Under the pieces are notes generated by a model that was not told the origin of the DNA, searched no databases, and worked only from the letters and a program-made list of their open reading frames with translations. Shown one piece after another: positions 22,651 through 32,264 of a DNA stretch of 49,497 bases. How positions within the stretch are numbered: the first letter of the stretch is position 1; every line of letters starts with the position of its first letter. A program made the translations under genes and the position numbers. Source of the stretch: a virus (taxonomy: Duplodnaviria > Heunggongvirae > Uroviricota > Caudoviricetes); the IMG/VR virus record IMGVR_UViG_2660238070_000012, positions 1-49,497 of that record, one strand, 5' to 3'.

Positions 22651-23372
22651 TAAGCAGCCTCCCCTGTTACTTTCAGCATTCCGTTATCGAGCAGCTTTCT
22701 GGTCAGCCACTGTTGACCACGCCCGGTGATTTTTGTGGTGAACGATATCTGTATTCCGTGATTTGTGTTGACCGCTGTTTCTTTCACTGCGAAATAGCCA
22801 CGATCCATATATTCCTGCATTGGCACATTGCGCCGGGAACCTGAAGCAATAAGGATTTTGTGATCGCGCATCCACGCAAACAGTTTGTTTGGACCAATAC
22901 CAACAACCTTTGCAAAGTTTCCAATCAAAATTCCACTGGCCTCGCCAACGCGATCGGCAAACTCAACTTTAGGTGCGGCAATTGCGAGCTGGTTTTCCAG
23001 TTGCATTTTCTGCTCAGCAAGATCAGCAGCAAGGCGCAACGCTTCTGGTAGCGTTTTGGGGATATTAACCGCAGTTTCTTCAAGCTCTCGCCAACGGTCA
23101 ACAAGACGAGCGGTGAATTCCGGCGACAACTGGGCTACAACGACAATACTGTCTCGCTTACCTTGTTCGCCCTCAAAAACGTAAGCCTCTACGCCACGAA
23201 GTAATCCTAAGTTATTGATTTTTTCGAAAACCACCATTGGGGGATTTCGGATCACACCTCGAGCCGCCAGTCGTTCAATAGATTGTTTCACCTTGTCATG
23301 ACGACTTCCCACCAACTCAGCGATTTCAATGCTTGTCATTTTGATGGCATTGCCATTCATTAACTCATTCAT
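22650..23372 (-). CDS. Phage antirepressor / regulatory protein (Rha-like N-terminus, KilA-C-like C-terminus)
   Basis: 240 aa. N-terminal winged-helix-like segment (TSIEIAELVGSRHDKVKQSIERLAARG) and C-terminal region typical of antirepressor KilAC domains. Family assignment by pattern only. Confidence 0.65.
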   Translation of the reverse strand: MNELMNGNAIKMTSIEIAELVGSRHDKVKQSIERLAARGVIRNPPMVVFEKINNLGLLRGVEAYVFEGEQGKRDSIVVVAQLSPEFTARLVDRWRELEETAVNIPKTLPEALRLAADLAEQKMQLENQLAIAAPKVEFADRVGEASGILIGNFAKVVGIGPNKLFAWMRDHKILIASGSRRNVPMQEYMDRGYFAVKETAVNTNHGIQISFTTKITGRGQQWLTRKLLDNGMLKVTGEAA

Positions 23373-23547
23373 CGTCTTCTTCCTCGTACATTGAGCTATT
23401 CGGATCGCTCATCAGTTCTGCGCAGCAGTGCTCACACACGTGAACTTCCAGCACATGCAGCTTCTGACCGCAGTTAGCGCACGTTAAAGCCCGCTCGACG
23501 CTTTCTTTCTGGTATTGAAGGGATTGGGATGGGCTAAGCATTAACAA
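23365..23547 (-). CDS. ninF: NinF-like zinc-finger protein
   Basis: 60 aa, near-identical to recalled lambda NinF ([51 protein letters not shown]). Confidence 0.8.
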   Translation of the reverse strand: MLMLSPSQSLQYQKESVERALTCANCGQKLHVLEVHVCEHCCAELMSDPNSSMYEEEDDE

Positions 23548-24484
23548 CCTCCATACAAACTTTCACGAATGCCGTTGCTACTTCTGCATTGATTGCGTTT
23601 CCATATCCAATAATTCGCTGATCTTGATTGCGCTTTGCCATTCTTCCCAGTGTGGACTTGCCTCGTCCCAAGCTTTTGGCAATGCCATTAACCATCGGGA
23701 ATGAGCCGGGTCTAACTGGACGATATTTTTCATCTCTACAGTAAAGCCAGTCTGCATCTCTCCAGAAGCCGTTAACCGGTAATGGGTACATAGCTTCACC
23801 GTCCCGGGAAGTTTCAAGCAGATTCTTGGGGTTCCGCTCTTGTCTTTTCCGCTGTAGCAATGCGTTGAACCTGTTGCATCGTTCGCTAAAGGAGTTTGCC
23901 ATCCAGCTAGTCTCACGCATCCAGATAGGTTCTGAATTCCCCTGCGTGTCTCTGGCTGAAAGTTGATATTTGTCGTTGGAGTAGGCCACCCAATACAATC
24001 GCTGCCTGATGTGCGGAGAACCGAAGCCCGCAGCGCAAATATCGGTACCTGCAGAGGTGTAGTTCGCACCTTCCAAGTCAGTTTGTACAAGGTCGAGCCA
24101 AGCGAGGCCGTCTGCGCTTGCAACCTGTTCGCCAATAACGATGCCAGGATTGCATTTTTCAATAAGCCAGAAGAATGCCGGCCATAAGTGCCGCTCGTCA
24201 TCAACCCCTTTTCCTTTGCCTGCCGAGCTGAAAGGTTGGCATGGGCAACTTCCTGTCCAGATACTCTTGTTGTCTGGCCATCCTGCCTTTCTAAGTGCAT
24301 AGCTCCAAACTCCGATTCCTGCAAAAAAGTGGTGCTGGGTAAATCCTCGCAAATCACCTGGTGTGACATCTTCAATACTCCTTTCATCTACATAACCGGG
24401 GGCAATTTCTCCAGCGTCAATTAAGTTACGCAGCCATTGCGCTGCATACGGATCTATTTCGTTGTAATACGCAGTCATCGTCAT
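23534..24484 (-). CDS. DNA (cytosine-5)-methyltransferase, orphan
   Basis: 316 aa from the ATG at 24484 (GAGGAA RBS, coupled to ninE stop). Motif I FAGIGV, motif [12 protein letters not shown], motif VI-like GEQV. No adjacent restriction endonuclease gene. Confidence 0.8.
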   Translation of the reverse strand: MTMTAYYNEIDPYAAQWLRNLIDAGEIAPGYVDERSIEDVTPGDLRGFTQHHFFAGIGVWSYALRKAGWPDNKSIWTGSCPCQPFSSAGKGKGVDDERHLWPAFFWLIEKCNPGIVIGEQVASADGLAWLDLVQTDLEGANYTSAGTDICAAGFGSPHIRQRLYWVAYSNDKYQLSARDTQGNSEPIWMRETSWMANSFSERCNRFNALLQRKRQERNPKNLLETSRDGEAMYPLPVNGFWRDADWLYCRDEKYRPVRPGSFPMVNGIAKSLGRGKSTLGRMAKRNQDQRIIGYGNAINAEVATAFVKVCMEVVNA

Positions 24485-24657
24485 TTCCTCGCACGATGTC
24501 TTAGCCACCGGATATCCCACAGGTGAGCCGTGTAGTTGAAGGTTTTTACGTCAGATTCTTTTTGGATTGGCTTGCGTTTATTTCTGGAGCGTTTCGTTGG
24601 AAGGTATTTGCAGTTTTCGCAGATGATGTCGGTGAAACTTCGTATCTGTCGTCTCAT
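24481..24657 (-). CDS. ninE: NinE-like protein
   Basis: 58 aa from internal Met: [58 protein letters not shown], matches recalled lambda NinE. Confidence 0.8.
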   Translation of the reverse strand: MRRQIRSFTDIICENCKYLPTKRSRNKRKPIQKESDVKTFNYTAHLWDIRWLRHRARK

Positions 24658-25064
24658 TCGTACCTCCTGTCGGTAAATCTGACACCCTGACCAATAGCCC
24701 ATGCTGTCGTGTACTCAATCAGACTTGCCATACGCTTCACGCTCATCTGCGCGCTGCTTTCGCGAATGTTGACGTATTCGCCTTCAAGCCCGGGCAAAAC
24801 ATCAGCTTCCAGGTTTGTTGCCACTGCATGACCGCTGATCAACAAAACCTTCCATTGTTCCGGTTTTAACCATTTGCCGCACCATTGAACCTGACGTGCG
24901 ATATCCGCCAGCATCGCGTGAAATTTTGCGTTCTGGTCAAGGTTGCGCTTGTAGTCAGTAATGCGGATGGTGACTGGCTTGTCTTTATCGAGTGGTGTTG
25001 CGAGGATGGCGTTGATTGCGGCTTGCTGTTGTTGCTTGCTTCGGAGGAAGATTGTCTGCTTCAT
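24654..25064 (-). CDS. ninB: NinB recombination protein (Orf family)
   Basis: 136 aa resembling lambda NinB. Translationally coupled to ninE. Confidence 0.8.
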   Translation of the reverse strand: MKQTIFLRSKQQQQAAINAILATPLDKDKPVTIRITDYKRNLDQNAKFHAMLADIARQVQWCGKWLKPEQWKVLLISGHAVATNLEADVLPGLEGEYVNIRESSAQMSVKRMASLIEYTTAWAIGQGVRFTDRRYE

Positions 25065-25066
25065 CG

Positions 25067-25381
25067 TTACTCCTTCACTTTGACTCCAGCAGCGCGGATG
25101 TTTTCCTCATAAGCATCCATTGCATCACCGAAGCCATTGGAATAATCAACAGTAAACCCTTTGGCTAATGCTTCTCTGCTGTCGATAAACTTTGGCGCGG
25201 TTATTTCAATAGCTGCTCGCGATGCCTGCCATAAAGTCCACCACTCATTTAAGGAGTGACGAATATCCATACTTGAAAATGCGAAGTACCTATCACCATT
25301 TCTTGCCTCGGTTATCATCTCGAATGGTAATCTCAATTTTTTGGCAACGTATTCTTCAAACTGCTTTCTTGATTCGTCCAT
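25067..25381 (-). CDS. Hypothetical protein
   Basis: 104-aa ORF tightly packed upstream of ninB. Confidence 0.5.
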   Translation of the reverse strand: MDESRKQFEEYVAKKLRLPFEMITEARNGDRYFAFSSMDIRHSLNEWWTLWQASRAAIEITAPKFIDSREALAKGFTVDYSNGFGDAMDAYEENIRAAGVKVKE

Positions 25382-25392
25382 ATCAATCCCCG

Positions 25393-25593
25393 TTATGACA
25401 GGTTAATTTTCACCCAACCCTTCCCACGCACATTTGCAACAAGCCCTTTCTTTCTCAGGTATTGCATACGACGATCGATGGTTTCGATATACATTCCATT
25501 GCTCCGCCATTTAAGCCAGATATCAAAAACAGGTGTTGGTCTTTCACTCAGCATTGAAAGAATGTTTTGATCTAATTTTTCGTACTTGCTCAC
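25393..25593 (-). CDS. Hypothetical small protein
   Basis: 66-aa ORF coupled to the upstream gene. Basic C-terminus. Confidence 0.45.
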   Translation of the reverse strand: MSKYEKLDQNILSMLSERPTPVFDIWLKWRSNGMYIETIDRRMQYLRKKGLVANVRGKGWVKINLS

Positions 25594-25916
25594 AAATACC
25601 CTCTCTCACTTAATCGCGCCCACGCTTCGTTAAACTCTTCTCGGGTTGCGCCGGATTTTCTTTCTTCAAACATCATGCATTCGCTGATGTCTCCCCATGA
25701 CTTTGGTCGCTTTTCAGCGAACAGATCATCCCATTCGAATACCCAGCGGCCTGATTTTCGGTAGTGGTAAATGGTCAGCCATGTTGTGCTGTTCGCTGGA
25801 TACCCATAGAGAACTTCGACTTTTTGATCACGGTCTTTATGCTTCTTCAGCAGGATAAAGCCAGCAACCAGCGAAGCTCCGGCAAGAATGATGATTGGAA
25901 TTTGCCAGTCAGCCAC
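25590..25916 (-). CDS. Hypothetical membrane-anchored protein
   Basis: 108 aa with N-terminal transmembrane helix (IPIIILAGASLVAGFILL). Confidence 0.5.
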   Translation of the reverse strand: MADWQIPIIILAGASLVAGFILLKKHKDRDQKVEVLYGYPANSTTWLTIYHYRKSGRWVFEWDDLFAEKRPKSWGDISECMMFEERKSGATREEFNEAWARLSERGYL

Positions 25917-25928
25917 GTTTACCTCCGC

Positions 25929-26135
25929 TTAACTCACAAAACGCCACGCCATTTTTGCTACAGCGACAGGCATAACACCGATAATCACCCAGACAAATGC
26001 AGCGCCAAACAACGTATACCATGGGTCTTTACCGTCATTCACAAGACGAATGTAGCTATGCAGAACAATAAAAAACGTCAGAAGAATCCATCCAACGCCA
26101 ACGCATTTGAGTGCGACGAGCATAAACTCAGCCAC
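25929..26135 (-). CDS. Hypothetical small inner-membrane protein (two predicted TM helices)
   Basis: 68 aa with two hydrophobic stretches (GWILLTFFIVL, AFVWVIIGVMPVAV). Confidence 0.5.
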   Translation of the reverse strand: MAEFMLVALKCVGVGWILLTFFIVLHSYIRLVNDGKDPWYTLFGAAFVWVIIGVMPVAVAKMAWRFVS

Positions 26136-26207
26136 GATTTACTCTCCCCCAAATAAAAAGGCCTGCGATTACCAGCAGGCCTGTTATTAGCTCAGTGATG
26201 TAGATGG

Positions 26208-27584
26208 TCATACGTCAGCCCCTTGTGCATATCGTCTGCCACGCGCAGCAGGTGCATTTGATGCTGTGCAAATCTGTCTGGCTTCATCCTGGTCACATGC
26301 AACAAAGTGTCCGTTACAGAACCGCTGGTAAACCGTACCAAGCGAGCCAAAACGGTTTTTCGTCACGATGATTTCAGCAAATGGCGCGGCGCTACTGTTC
26401 TCGTCATATACCGCTTCCCGATAGAGCATGATGATTGAGTCTGCGTCCTGTTCAATGCTTCCTGAATCACGCAAATCTGCGTTTGTCGGGCGTTTGTTTG
26501 GTCGCTTCTCAACATCGCGCGAAAGCTGACTTAGGGAGATAACAGGCGTTTTCAGGTCTTTCGCCATCGCCTTCAGGCTTCCGGAGATGTGAGCAATTGC
26601 TAGGTCGTTGCGGTCTGCTTTCGGCTTCTCAATCAGGCCAAGATAATCCGCCATGATTAGAGACAGGTTTGGATTTTCCTGTTTATGCCGTTCTGCGATT
26701 GAGCGTATTTCTTCGACCGATAACCGCGAGGCATCGACTACCCATACATCCAAATCCGCAAGCTGACTCATGCCGTTAGCAACACGTGCCCAGCACTCGT
26801 CATCCATCGATGCAGGATTTCGCAGCACGCTAACCGACATCCTCCCGGCGTTGGCAATGCTCCGCTCTGCAATCTGCAATGCGCTCATTTCCATTGAGAA
26901 AATCAATACTCCGCGCCGGACGTCAGAACCAGGAATAACGCGGCTTGCAACGCCTTCGGCAATCTTCAGCGCCAGTTCGGTTTTCCCCATACCAGGACGA
27001 GCGGCGATTATCACCAGGTCTTCCGCGTTCATCCCTCCGGTGATGGCATCAAGTTCTTCGATTCCGGTCTTCAGGGTATCGGACTCTTCTCCGTTCCTCA
27101 GACGCCTGTCAAGCGTGTCAGTGTAGTCGGTGATGATTTCCCCTAACCGTACAGGTTTAACCTCGTCACGGGGCTTTCTGATGGCTGAAAGACGCTTTAC
27201 AAGTTCATCCATCGCCTGACTCGATGCGTCGATGGTTCCGCTCTGAATTGGTTCACGCATTTCATCCATGATTTCCAGCACCAGACGGCGGTGATAGTTA
27301 TCCGCGACCATTCCGGCATATCCCTTCAGGTTTGCGGCACTCGGGCAGTTTTTGCTGGTCATCAGGATTGACGTGAAATGCTCCTCTCCGCACGCCTCGG
27401 CAACCATCAGCGCGTCGATTAAATTTCTGTTTCGCGCCTGCTTGCGGATAACCTCGAAGGCTTTCCGGTAGAGCGGAATTGAAAACGCTTCCGGCTCCAG
27501 CGTTGCCAGAACGTCGCTGGCGGTTGGAGTTAATCCACCAATCAGCAGGCCACCGATAACGCTCGCTTCGATATCCTGTTTCAT
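26208..27584 (-). CDS. Replicative DNA helicase, DnaB family
   Basis: 458 aa. Walker A ARPGMGKT and DnaB C-terminal domain signatures. Occupies the lambda P position but is a helicase, not a helicase loader. Confidence 0.9.
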   Translation of the reverse strand: MKQDIEASVIGGLLIGGLTPTASDVLATLEPEAFSIPLYRKAFEVIRKQARNRNLIDALMVAEACGEEHFTSILMTSKNCPSAANLKGYAGMVADNYHRRLVLEIMDEMREPIQSGTIDASSQAMDELVKRLSAIRKPRDEVKPVRLGEIITDYTDTLDRRLRNGEESDTLKTGIEELDAITGGMNAEDLVIIAARPGMGKTELALKIAEGVASRVIPGSDVRRGVLIFSMEMSALQIAERSIANAGRMSVSVLRNPASMDDECWARVANGMSQLADLDVWVVDASRLSVEEIRSIAERHKQENPNLSLIMADYLGLIEKPKADRNDLAIAHISGSLKAMAKDLKTPVISLSQLSRDVEKRPNKRPTNADLRDSGSIEQDADSIIMLYREAVYDENSSAAPFAEIIVTKNRFGSLGTVYQRFCNGHFVACDQDEARQICTASNAPAARGRRYAQGADV

Positions 27585-28528
27585 GCAATCCCCCTGTCTG
27601 CAAACTTCCCTTCCCGAACTCCCGTTAACGAGTCTTCTCTCAGCAGGTAATCAAAATCAGCCGTCCAGCCCGTGTCGTTGTCTCCGAAGTAAAACGGCTT
27701 GGCCTGATGCACAAACGCCCTGACATACGCCCTGAAACCGTCCACGTTTGGCGTTTTCAGTTGCGGGATGATTTTCTTCAGGCGGCGTTTGCGTTTCTCG
27801 TTGACCGCAACAGCGTGTGGCAGTCTGTCACCGACTTCGGTGTTGTAGGCGTTCAGGAAGGATTCGTAGTCGATTCGTTCTGCCTTGCGACGTTCAGGTT
27901 TAACCTGCCCATCGCCTCCCCCATTGGGGGGTAGGGGGGTATTATTTATATTCTTGTTAATACCTTCTTGTTCATGATGTGCGGTTGTTTGTGCGGCTTC
28001 ATGTGCGCTTTCATGTGCGGCATGTACGCTGAAAGCCGCGCCATTGCTGGCTTCATCATGTGCGGCATCATGTGCGGTTGTTTGTGCGGCTTCATGTGCG
28101 GGTGAATTGTCCATTTTTTGAGCATATTCATGGTAATTTGTGATGGTGATCACACGACCTTTTTGCTTCTCTCCATCAATGGTGATCATCCCCTCTTTCA
28201 CAAAAACCTGAAGCATCCGCTCAACCTGATCACGGCTTGCCGGCTTGCCATGCCTGTCGCATAACTGAAGACCTAAATCAGCTGCTGTCACAACCAGTTG
28301 ACCGGGTTGCAGATGCCATTCATGACCTTTGAAATTAGCTTTGTATGGCTTTCTGGCGGCATTCAGGAGAAGGTTTTCCCACAGGGTGCGAAGATAAACG
28401 TCTTTCGCCCATGACTGTTTCAGAATGCTCCGGTACAACGGAATGTAACCAGTTTTCTGGTTCTCCATCCTGTTGCTCCTGCGCTCGTGTGCGGCGCTGA
28501 AATCGTAGATTTTTGCTGTATTGCTCAT
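27581..28528 (-). CDS. Replication initiation protein (O-like, with repeat-rich linker)
   Basis: 315 aa starting MSNTAKI like lambda O. Internal peptide repeat HEAAQTTAH encoded by DNA iterons. Coupled to the helicase gene. Confidence 0.8.
   Translation of the reverse strand: MSNTAKIYDFSAAHERRSNRMENQKTGYIPLYRSILKQSWAKDVYLRTLWENLLLNAARKPYKANFKGHEWHLQPGQLVVTAADLGLQLCDRHGKPASRDQVERMLQVFVKEGMITIDGEKQKGRVITITNYHEYAQKMDNSPAHEAAQTTAHDAAHDEASNGAAFSVHAAHESAHEAAQTTAHHEQEGINKNINNTPLPPNGGGDGQVKPERRKAERIDYESFLNAYNTEVGDRLPHAVAVNEKRKRRLKKIIPQLKTPNVDGFRAYVRAFVHQAKPFYFGDNDTGWTADFDYLLREDSLTGVREGKFADRGIA
27975..28105. repeat. Iteron array inside the initiator gene (candidate phage origin of replication)
   Basis: Seven exact and one variant copy of TGTGCGG (as CATGTGCGG / TTTGTGCGG) within ~130 bp, including two copies of a ~35-bp unit, followed by an AT-rich stretch (28105-28140). 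Analogous to lambda ori inside O. Confidence 0.55.
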
Positions 28529-28530
28529 AA

Positions 28531-28803
28531 CTACCTGCCTTGACGAAAGACCTTAAGAACATCGTTAAACTGACTTACGGATATGTCTTCTTTGAGCAGC
28601 TTTTCCAGAAATGCGTTTGGAATGAACGTATATCCCTCCTCTTTTGGTAGAGACGGGAGCAACGACCTCGCCTCAGCCTTCAGAAGCTCAGTTCTGGCAA
28701 CTTTCACAAAAGAGATTTGAGTTCTTTCATCAATGGAACGAAGGAAGCGCAAACGCTTAACTTCTTTGTGTGTATCAGGTGGATTAAAGCCTTTGTTTCG
28801 CAT
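28531..28803 (-). CDS. Hypothetical protein inserted between cII and the initiator gene
   Basis: 90-aa ORF from the ATG at 28803 with GAGG RBS. Stop overlaps the initiator start region. Lambda has no gene here. Confidence 0.5.
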   Translation of the reverse strand: MRNKGFNPPDTHKEVKRLRFLRSIDERTQISFVKVARTELLKAEARSLLPSLPKEEGYTFIPNAFLEKLLKEDISVSQFNDVLKVFRQGR

Positions 28804-28811
28804 ATAATTAC

Positions 28812-28879
28812 CTCGTTGGATGTTATTAAAATTCCATTTGTATTTGTTCAGAACGCTCGGTTGCCGCCGGGCGTTTTTT
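28812..28879 (+). ncRNA. oop: oop-like antisense RNA
   Basis: 3' end TGTTCAGAACGCTCGGTTGCCGCCGGGCGTTTTTTATT matches the recalled lambda oop RNA 3' hairpin and terminator. TATAAT at 28803-28808 could serve as po -10. 5' boundary approximate. Confidence 0.5.
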
Positions 28880-29119
28880 ATTGGTGAGAATCGAAGCAAC
28901 TTGTCGTGCCAATCGAGCCATGTCGTCGTCAACGACGCCCCATTCAAGAACAGCAAGCAGCATTGAGAACTTTGGAATCCAGTCCCTCTTCCACCTGCTG
29001 ATCTGCGACTTATCAACGCCCACAGCTTCCGCTGTCTTCTCAGTTCCAAGCATTGCGATTTTGTTAAGCAACGCACTCTCGATTCGTAGAGCCTCGTTGC
29101 GTTTGTTTGCACGAACCAT
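28826..29119 (-). CDS. cII: Transcriptional activator CII
   Basis: 97 aa from the ATG at 29119: MVRANKRNEALRIESALLNKIAMLGTEKTAEAVGVDKSQISRWKRDWIPKFSMLLAVLEWGVVDDDMARLARQVA..., matches recalled lambda CII. Confidence 0.92.
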   Translation of the reverse strand: MVRANKRNEALRIESALLNKIAMLGTEKTAEAVGVDKSQISRWKRDWIPKFSMLLAVLEWGVVDDDMARLARQVASILTNKKRPAATERSEQIQMEF

Positions 29120-29150
29120 ATGTAAGTATTTCCTTAGATAACAATTGATT
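29095..29150 (+). promoter_or_regulatory. PRE (CII-activated promoter for repressor establishment)
   Basis: TTGCGTTTGTTTGCACGAACCATATGTAAGTATTTCC on the reverse complement contains the TTGC-N6-TTGC CII-binding repeats overlapping the cII start, as in lambda. Confidence 0.75.
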
Positions 29151-29198
29151 GAATGTATGCAAATAAATGCATACACCATAAGTGTGGTTTAATTTGAT

Positions 29199-29230
29199 GC
29201 CCTTTTTCAGGGCTGGGATGTGTAAGAGCG
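29199..29230 (-). promoter_or_regulatory. nutR (boxB hairpin and boxA)
   Basis: boxB GCCCTGAAAAAGGGC (reverse complement of 29199-29213) and boxA CGCTCTTACA (reverse complement of 29221-29230) between cro and cII. Confidence 0.85.
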
Positions 29231-29237
29231 GGGTTAT

Positions 29238-29447
<210 letters not shown>

Positions 29448-29464
29448 TTAGTACATGCAACTAT

Positions 29465-29528
29465 TATCACCGCTAGAGGTAAAATAGTCAACACGCACGG
29501 TGTTAGATATTTATCCCTTGCGGTGATA
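29465..29528. promoter_or_regulatory. Right operator OR1-OR2-OR3 with divergent promoters PR and PRM
   Basis: Three 17-bp operator sites: TATCACCGCTAGAGGTA (OR1-like), CAACACGCACGGTGTTA (OR2), TATCCCTTGCGGTGATA (OR3), between cro and cI. Confidence 0.9.
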
Positions 29529-29535
29529 GATTTAA

Positions 29536-30252
<717 letters not shown>

Positions 30253-30255
30253 TAA

Positions 30256-30287
30256 AAGGTCGCACAGAAGTGCGGCCTTTTTTATTG
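30256..30287 (+). terminator. Candidate rho-independent terminator downstream of cI
   Basis: Hairpin GGTCGCAC-AGAA-GTGCGGCC (one G-U pair) followed by CTTTTTTATT, starting 4 nt after the cI stop. Confidence 0.5.
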
Positions 30288-30497
30288 GTAGTGATCCACA
30301 CATTGTGCTAACGCATTAATTAGCATTAATATTTAGCTTAATCACAGAACAGCTAAAAATATTTTATCGATAAATATATACATATCAATGAGATAAATAA
30401 AAATGATGCATTTTGTAGCTAATTAATGATTTAGCTACCATTGCCCTGCTTATTTGAAATAAGCTATCATCACCATAACCAAGCATATGGGGGATTT

Positions 30498-31433
30498 ATG
30501 GATACTAAAAAACGAGCTCAAAAAGCAGCAGCAATGTCAGCAATCGTTAGATCAGCTCCAAAGCCAACTCACACAGGATTAATGGCGACAGGTGTTTCTT
30601 GTGCTGTTTTGCCTGATGGTCGCAGAGTGGTTTCAATGCAAGGTGCAAATGGATTGGCAGAAACATTCGGTGTATCTGTTGGCTCAAAAATGCCAAGATG
30701 GGTACCAAATGGGAAGCCAGGTCAATTACCATATGTTCTCCAAGCAAATGAGCTTCAGCCATATATTTCTGATGAACTAAGAGAAGCGCTAGCAGAACCA
30801 ATTGTATATAAAAATACATCAGGTGCAGGTGTCGCTTATGGCATTGACGTTACTATGCTACCAGCGCTTTGCGAGGCATGGACAGATGCTGAGAGGGATG
30901 GAGCCCTACGACAAAAGCATCACTTGAATACAGCTGCAAAAGCCAAAGCGCTCTATAAAGCTCTAGCTAGAGTTGGCGCCGTTGCGCTCGTTGATGAAGC
31001 GACTGGATACCAAAAAGAACGAGAGCGCGATGAACTGGCAAAACTCCTTGAGCAATTCATCGCTAAAGAAATGCGACCATGGGTAAGCACATATCCGCCA
31101 GAATTCTTTGAGGAGTTATGTAGACTCAGAGGAGTCCCATTCAAAGCAAACATGCGGAGACCGCAATACTTTGGTCATCTTGTGAATAACATAACTTATG
31201 ACCGCATGGCACCAGAGCTAAGAAATGCGCTAAAGGAAGAAAGAGCAAAAGCAAAAAAGGCAGGTGCAAAAATGCATCAGTTTCTATCAGAGGGAACTGG
31301 ATATGGTCTTCTTCAAAAGAGACTTACAGGGGTAACAACACTCATGCAAGCAAGCGATACTTATGAAGATTTCATCCAATTGCTTGATAAGGTACACCCT
31401 CTACTAACCGTAGAAGATATTGACGCAGAATAA
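30498..31433 (+). CDS. Hypothetical protein occupying the rexA-rexB locus (candidate phage exclusion factor)
   Basis: 312 aa from the first in-frame ATG (30498) with GGGGGA RBS. Preceded by a very AT-rich ~200-bp promoter-like region. Ala/Lys-rich with no recognised catalytic motif. Confidence 0.7.
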   Translation: MDTKKRAQKAAAMSAIVRSAPKPTHTGLMATGVSCAVLPDGRRVVSMQGANGLAETFGVSVGSKMPRWVPNGKPGQLPYVLQANELQPYISDELREALAEPIVYKNTSGAGVAYGIDVTMLPALCEAWTDAERDGALRQKHHLNTAAKAKALYKALARVGAVALVDEATGYQKERERDELAKLLEQFIAKEMRPWVSTYPPEFFEELCRLRGVPFKANMRRPQYFGHLVNNITYDRMAPELRNALKEERAKAKKAGAKMHQFLSEGTGYGLLQKRLTGVTTLMQASDTYEDFIQLLDKVHPLLTVEDIDAE

Positions 31434-31442
31434 CTTTATTGC

Positions 31443-31469
31443 CCCGGCCTCAGCGCCGGGTTTTCTTTG
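31443..31469 (+). terminator. Rho-independent terminator (lambda timm-like) after the rex-locus gene
   Basis: Perfect stem CCCGGC-CTCAGC-GCCGGG followed by TTTTCTTTG. Recalled lambda sequence left of PL has the same hairpin. Confidence 0.6.
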
Positions 31470-31624
31470 CCTCACGATCCCATTCACCCAATAACACATA
31501 ACCTATTGTATTTATTTGAAAATTAATAGATACAACTCACTATACATCGCAATTCAGATCTCTCGATCACCTCCCAAGCCACACAACCCTGCAAAAAATA
31601 AATCCATATAAAAAACATACAGAT

Positions 31625-31695
31625 AACCATCTGCGGTGATAAATTATCTCTGGCGGTGTTGACATAAATACCACTGGCGGTGATACTAAACACAT
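31625..31695 (+). promoter_or_regulatory. Left operator OL3-OL2-OL1 and promoter PL
   Basis: AACCATCTGCGGTGATA (OL3), TATCTCTGGCGGTGTTG (OL2), TACCACTGGCGGTGATA (OL1), with -35 TTGACA (31659-31664) and -10 GATACT (31682-31687). Confidence 0.9.
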
Positions 31696-31723
31696 CAGCA
31701 GGACGCACTGACCACCATGAAGG

Positions 31724-31757
31724 TGATGCTCTTAAAAATTAAGCCCTGAAGAAGGGC
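31724..31757 (+). promoter_or_regulatory. nutL (boxA and boxB)
   Basis: boxA-like GCTCTTAAA followed by boxB GCCCTGAAGAAGGGC (31743-31757) in the PL leader. Confidence 0.85.
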
Positions 31758-31929
31758 AGCATTCAAAGCAGAAGGCTTTGGGGTGTGGTGAAGGGTTCAT
31801 GGATGGGAATATGTCGCACGTAAAGCGGCGAGGCCTGCGGAACTATTGCCGAATTGAAGTCGGCCGAAGCAGGTCGAAATGGGTCTCCCACCTACCACAC
31901 CACCAAAGCTAACTGACAGGAGAATCCAG

Positions 31930-32256
31930 ATGGATGCACAAACACGCCGCCGCGAACGTCGCGCAGAGAAACAGGCTCAATGGAAAGCAGCAAATCCCCT
32001 GTTGGTTGGGGTAAGCGCAAAACCAGTTAACCGCCCTATTCTCTCGCTGAATCGCAAACCGAAATCACGAGTAGAAAGCGCACTGAATCCGATAGACCTT
32101 ACAGTGCTGGCTGAATACCACGAACAGATTGAAAGCAGCCTGCAACGTATTGAACGCAAGAATCAGCGCACATGGTACAGCAAGCCACGCAGTGAAATGG
32201 GGGTGACTTGTGTTGGTCGCCAGAAAATGAAATTAGGCAGCAAACCACTTATTTGA
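31930..32256 (+). CDS. N: Antiterminator N
   Basis: 108 aa from the ATG at 31930: MDAQTRRRERRAEKQAQWKAANPLLVGVSAKPVNRPILSLNRKPKSRVESALNPIDLTVLAEYH..., matches recalled lambda N through ~aa 85 then diverges. Confidence 0.9.
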   Translation: MDAQTRRRERRAEKQAQWKAANPLLVGVSAKPVNRPILSLNRKPKSRVESALNPIDLTVLAEYHEQIESSLQRIERKNQRTWYSKPRSEMGVTCVGRQKMKLGSKPLI

Positions 32257-32264
32257 GGTGAGAT

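Noticed and set aside
27946-28131. 61-aa His/Pro/Met/Lys-rich ORF on the minus strand inside the initiator gene
   Set aside because: It is an alternative reading frame of the TGTGCGG iteron array. The repetitive DNA creates the repetitive peptide, and the in-frame initiator gene explains the region.
28531-29112. 193-aa ORF spanning cII in another frame
   Set aside because: The upstream two-thirds overlaps the well-supported cII gene out of frame. Only the downstream 90 codons from the ATG at 28803, with an RBS, are plausible.
30441-30497. N-terminal extension of the rex-locus protein from a TTG at 30441
   Set aside because: A non-ATG start inside an AT-rich promoter-like region with no RBS. 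The first in-frame ATG at 30498 has a GGGGGA RBS.
31523-31708. 61-aa minus-strand ORF overlapping PL/OL
   Set aside because: It runs through the operator and promoter sequences of PL and has no RBS. It is almost certainly non-coding.
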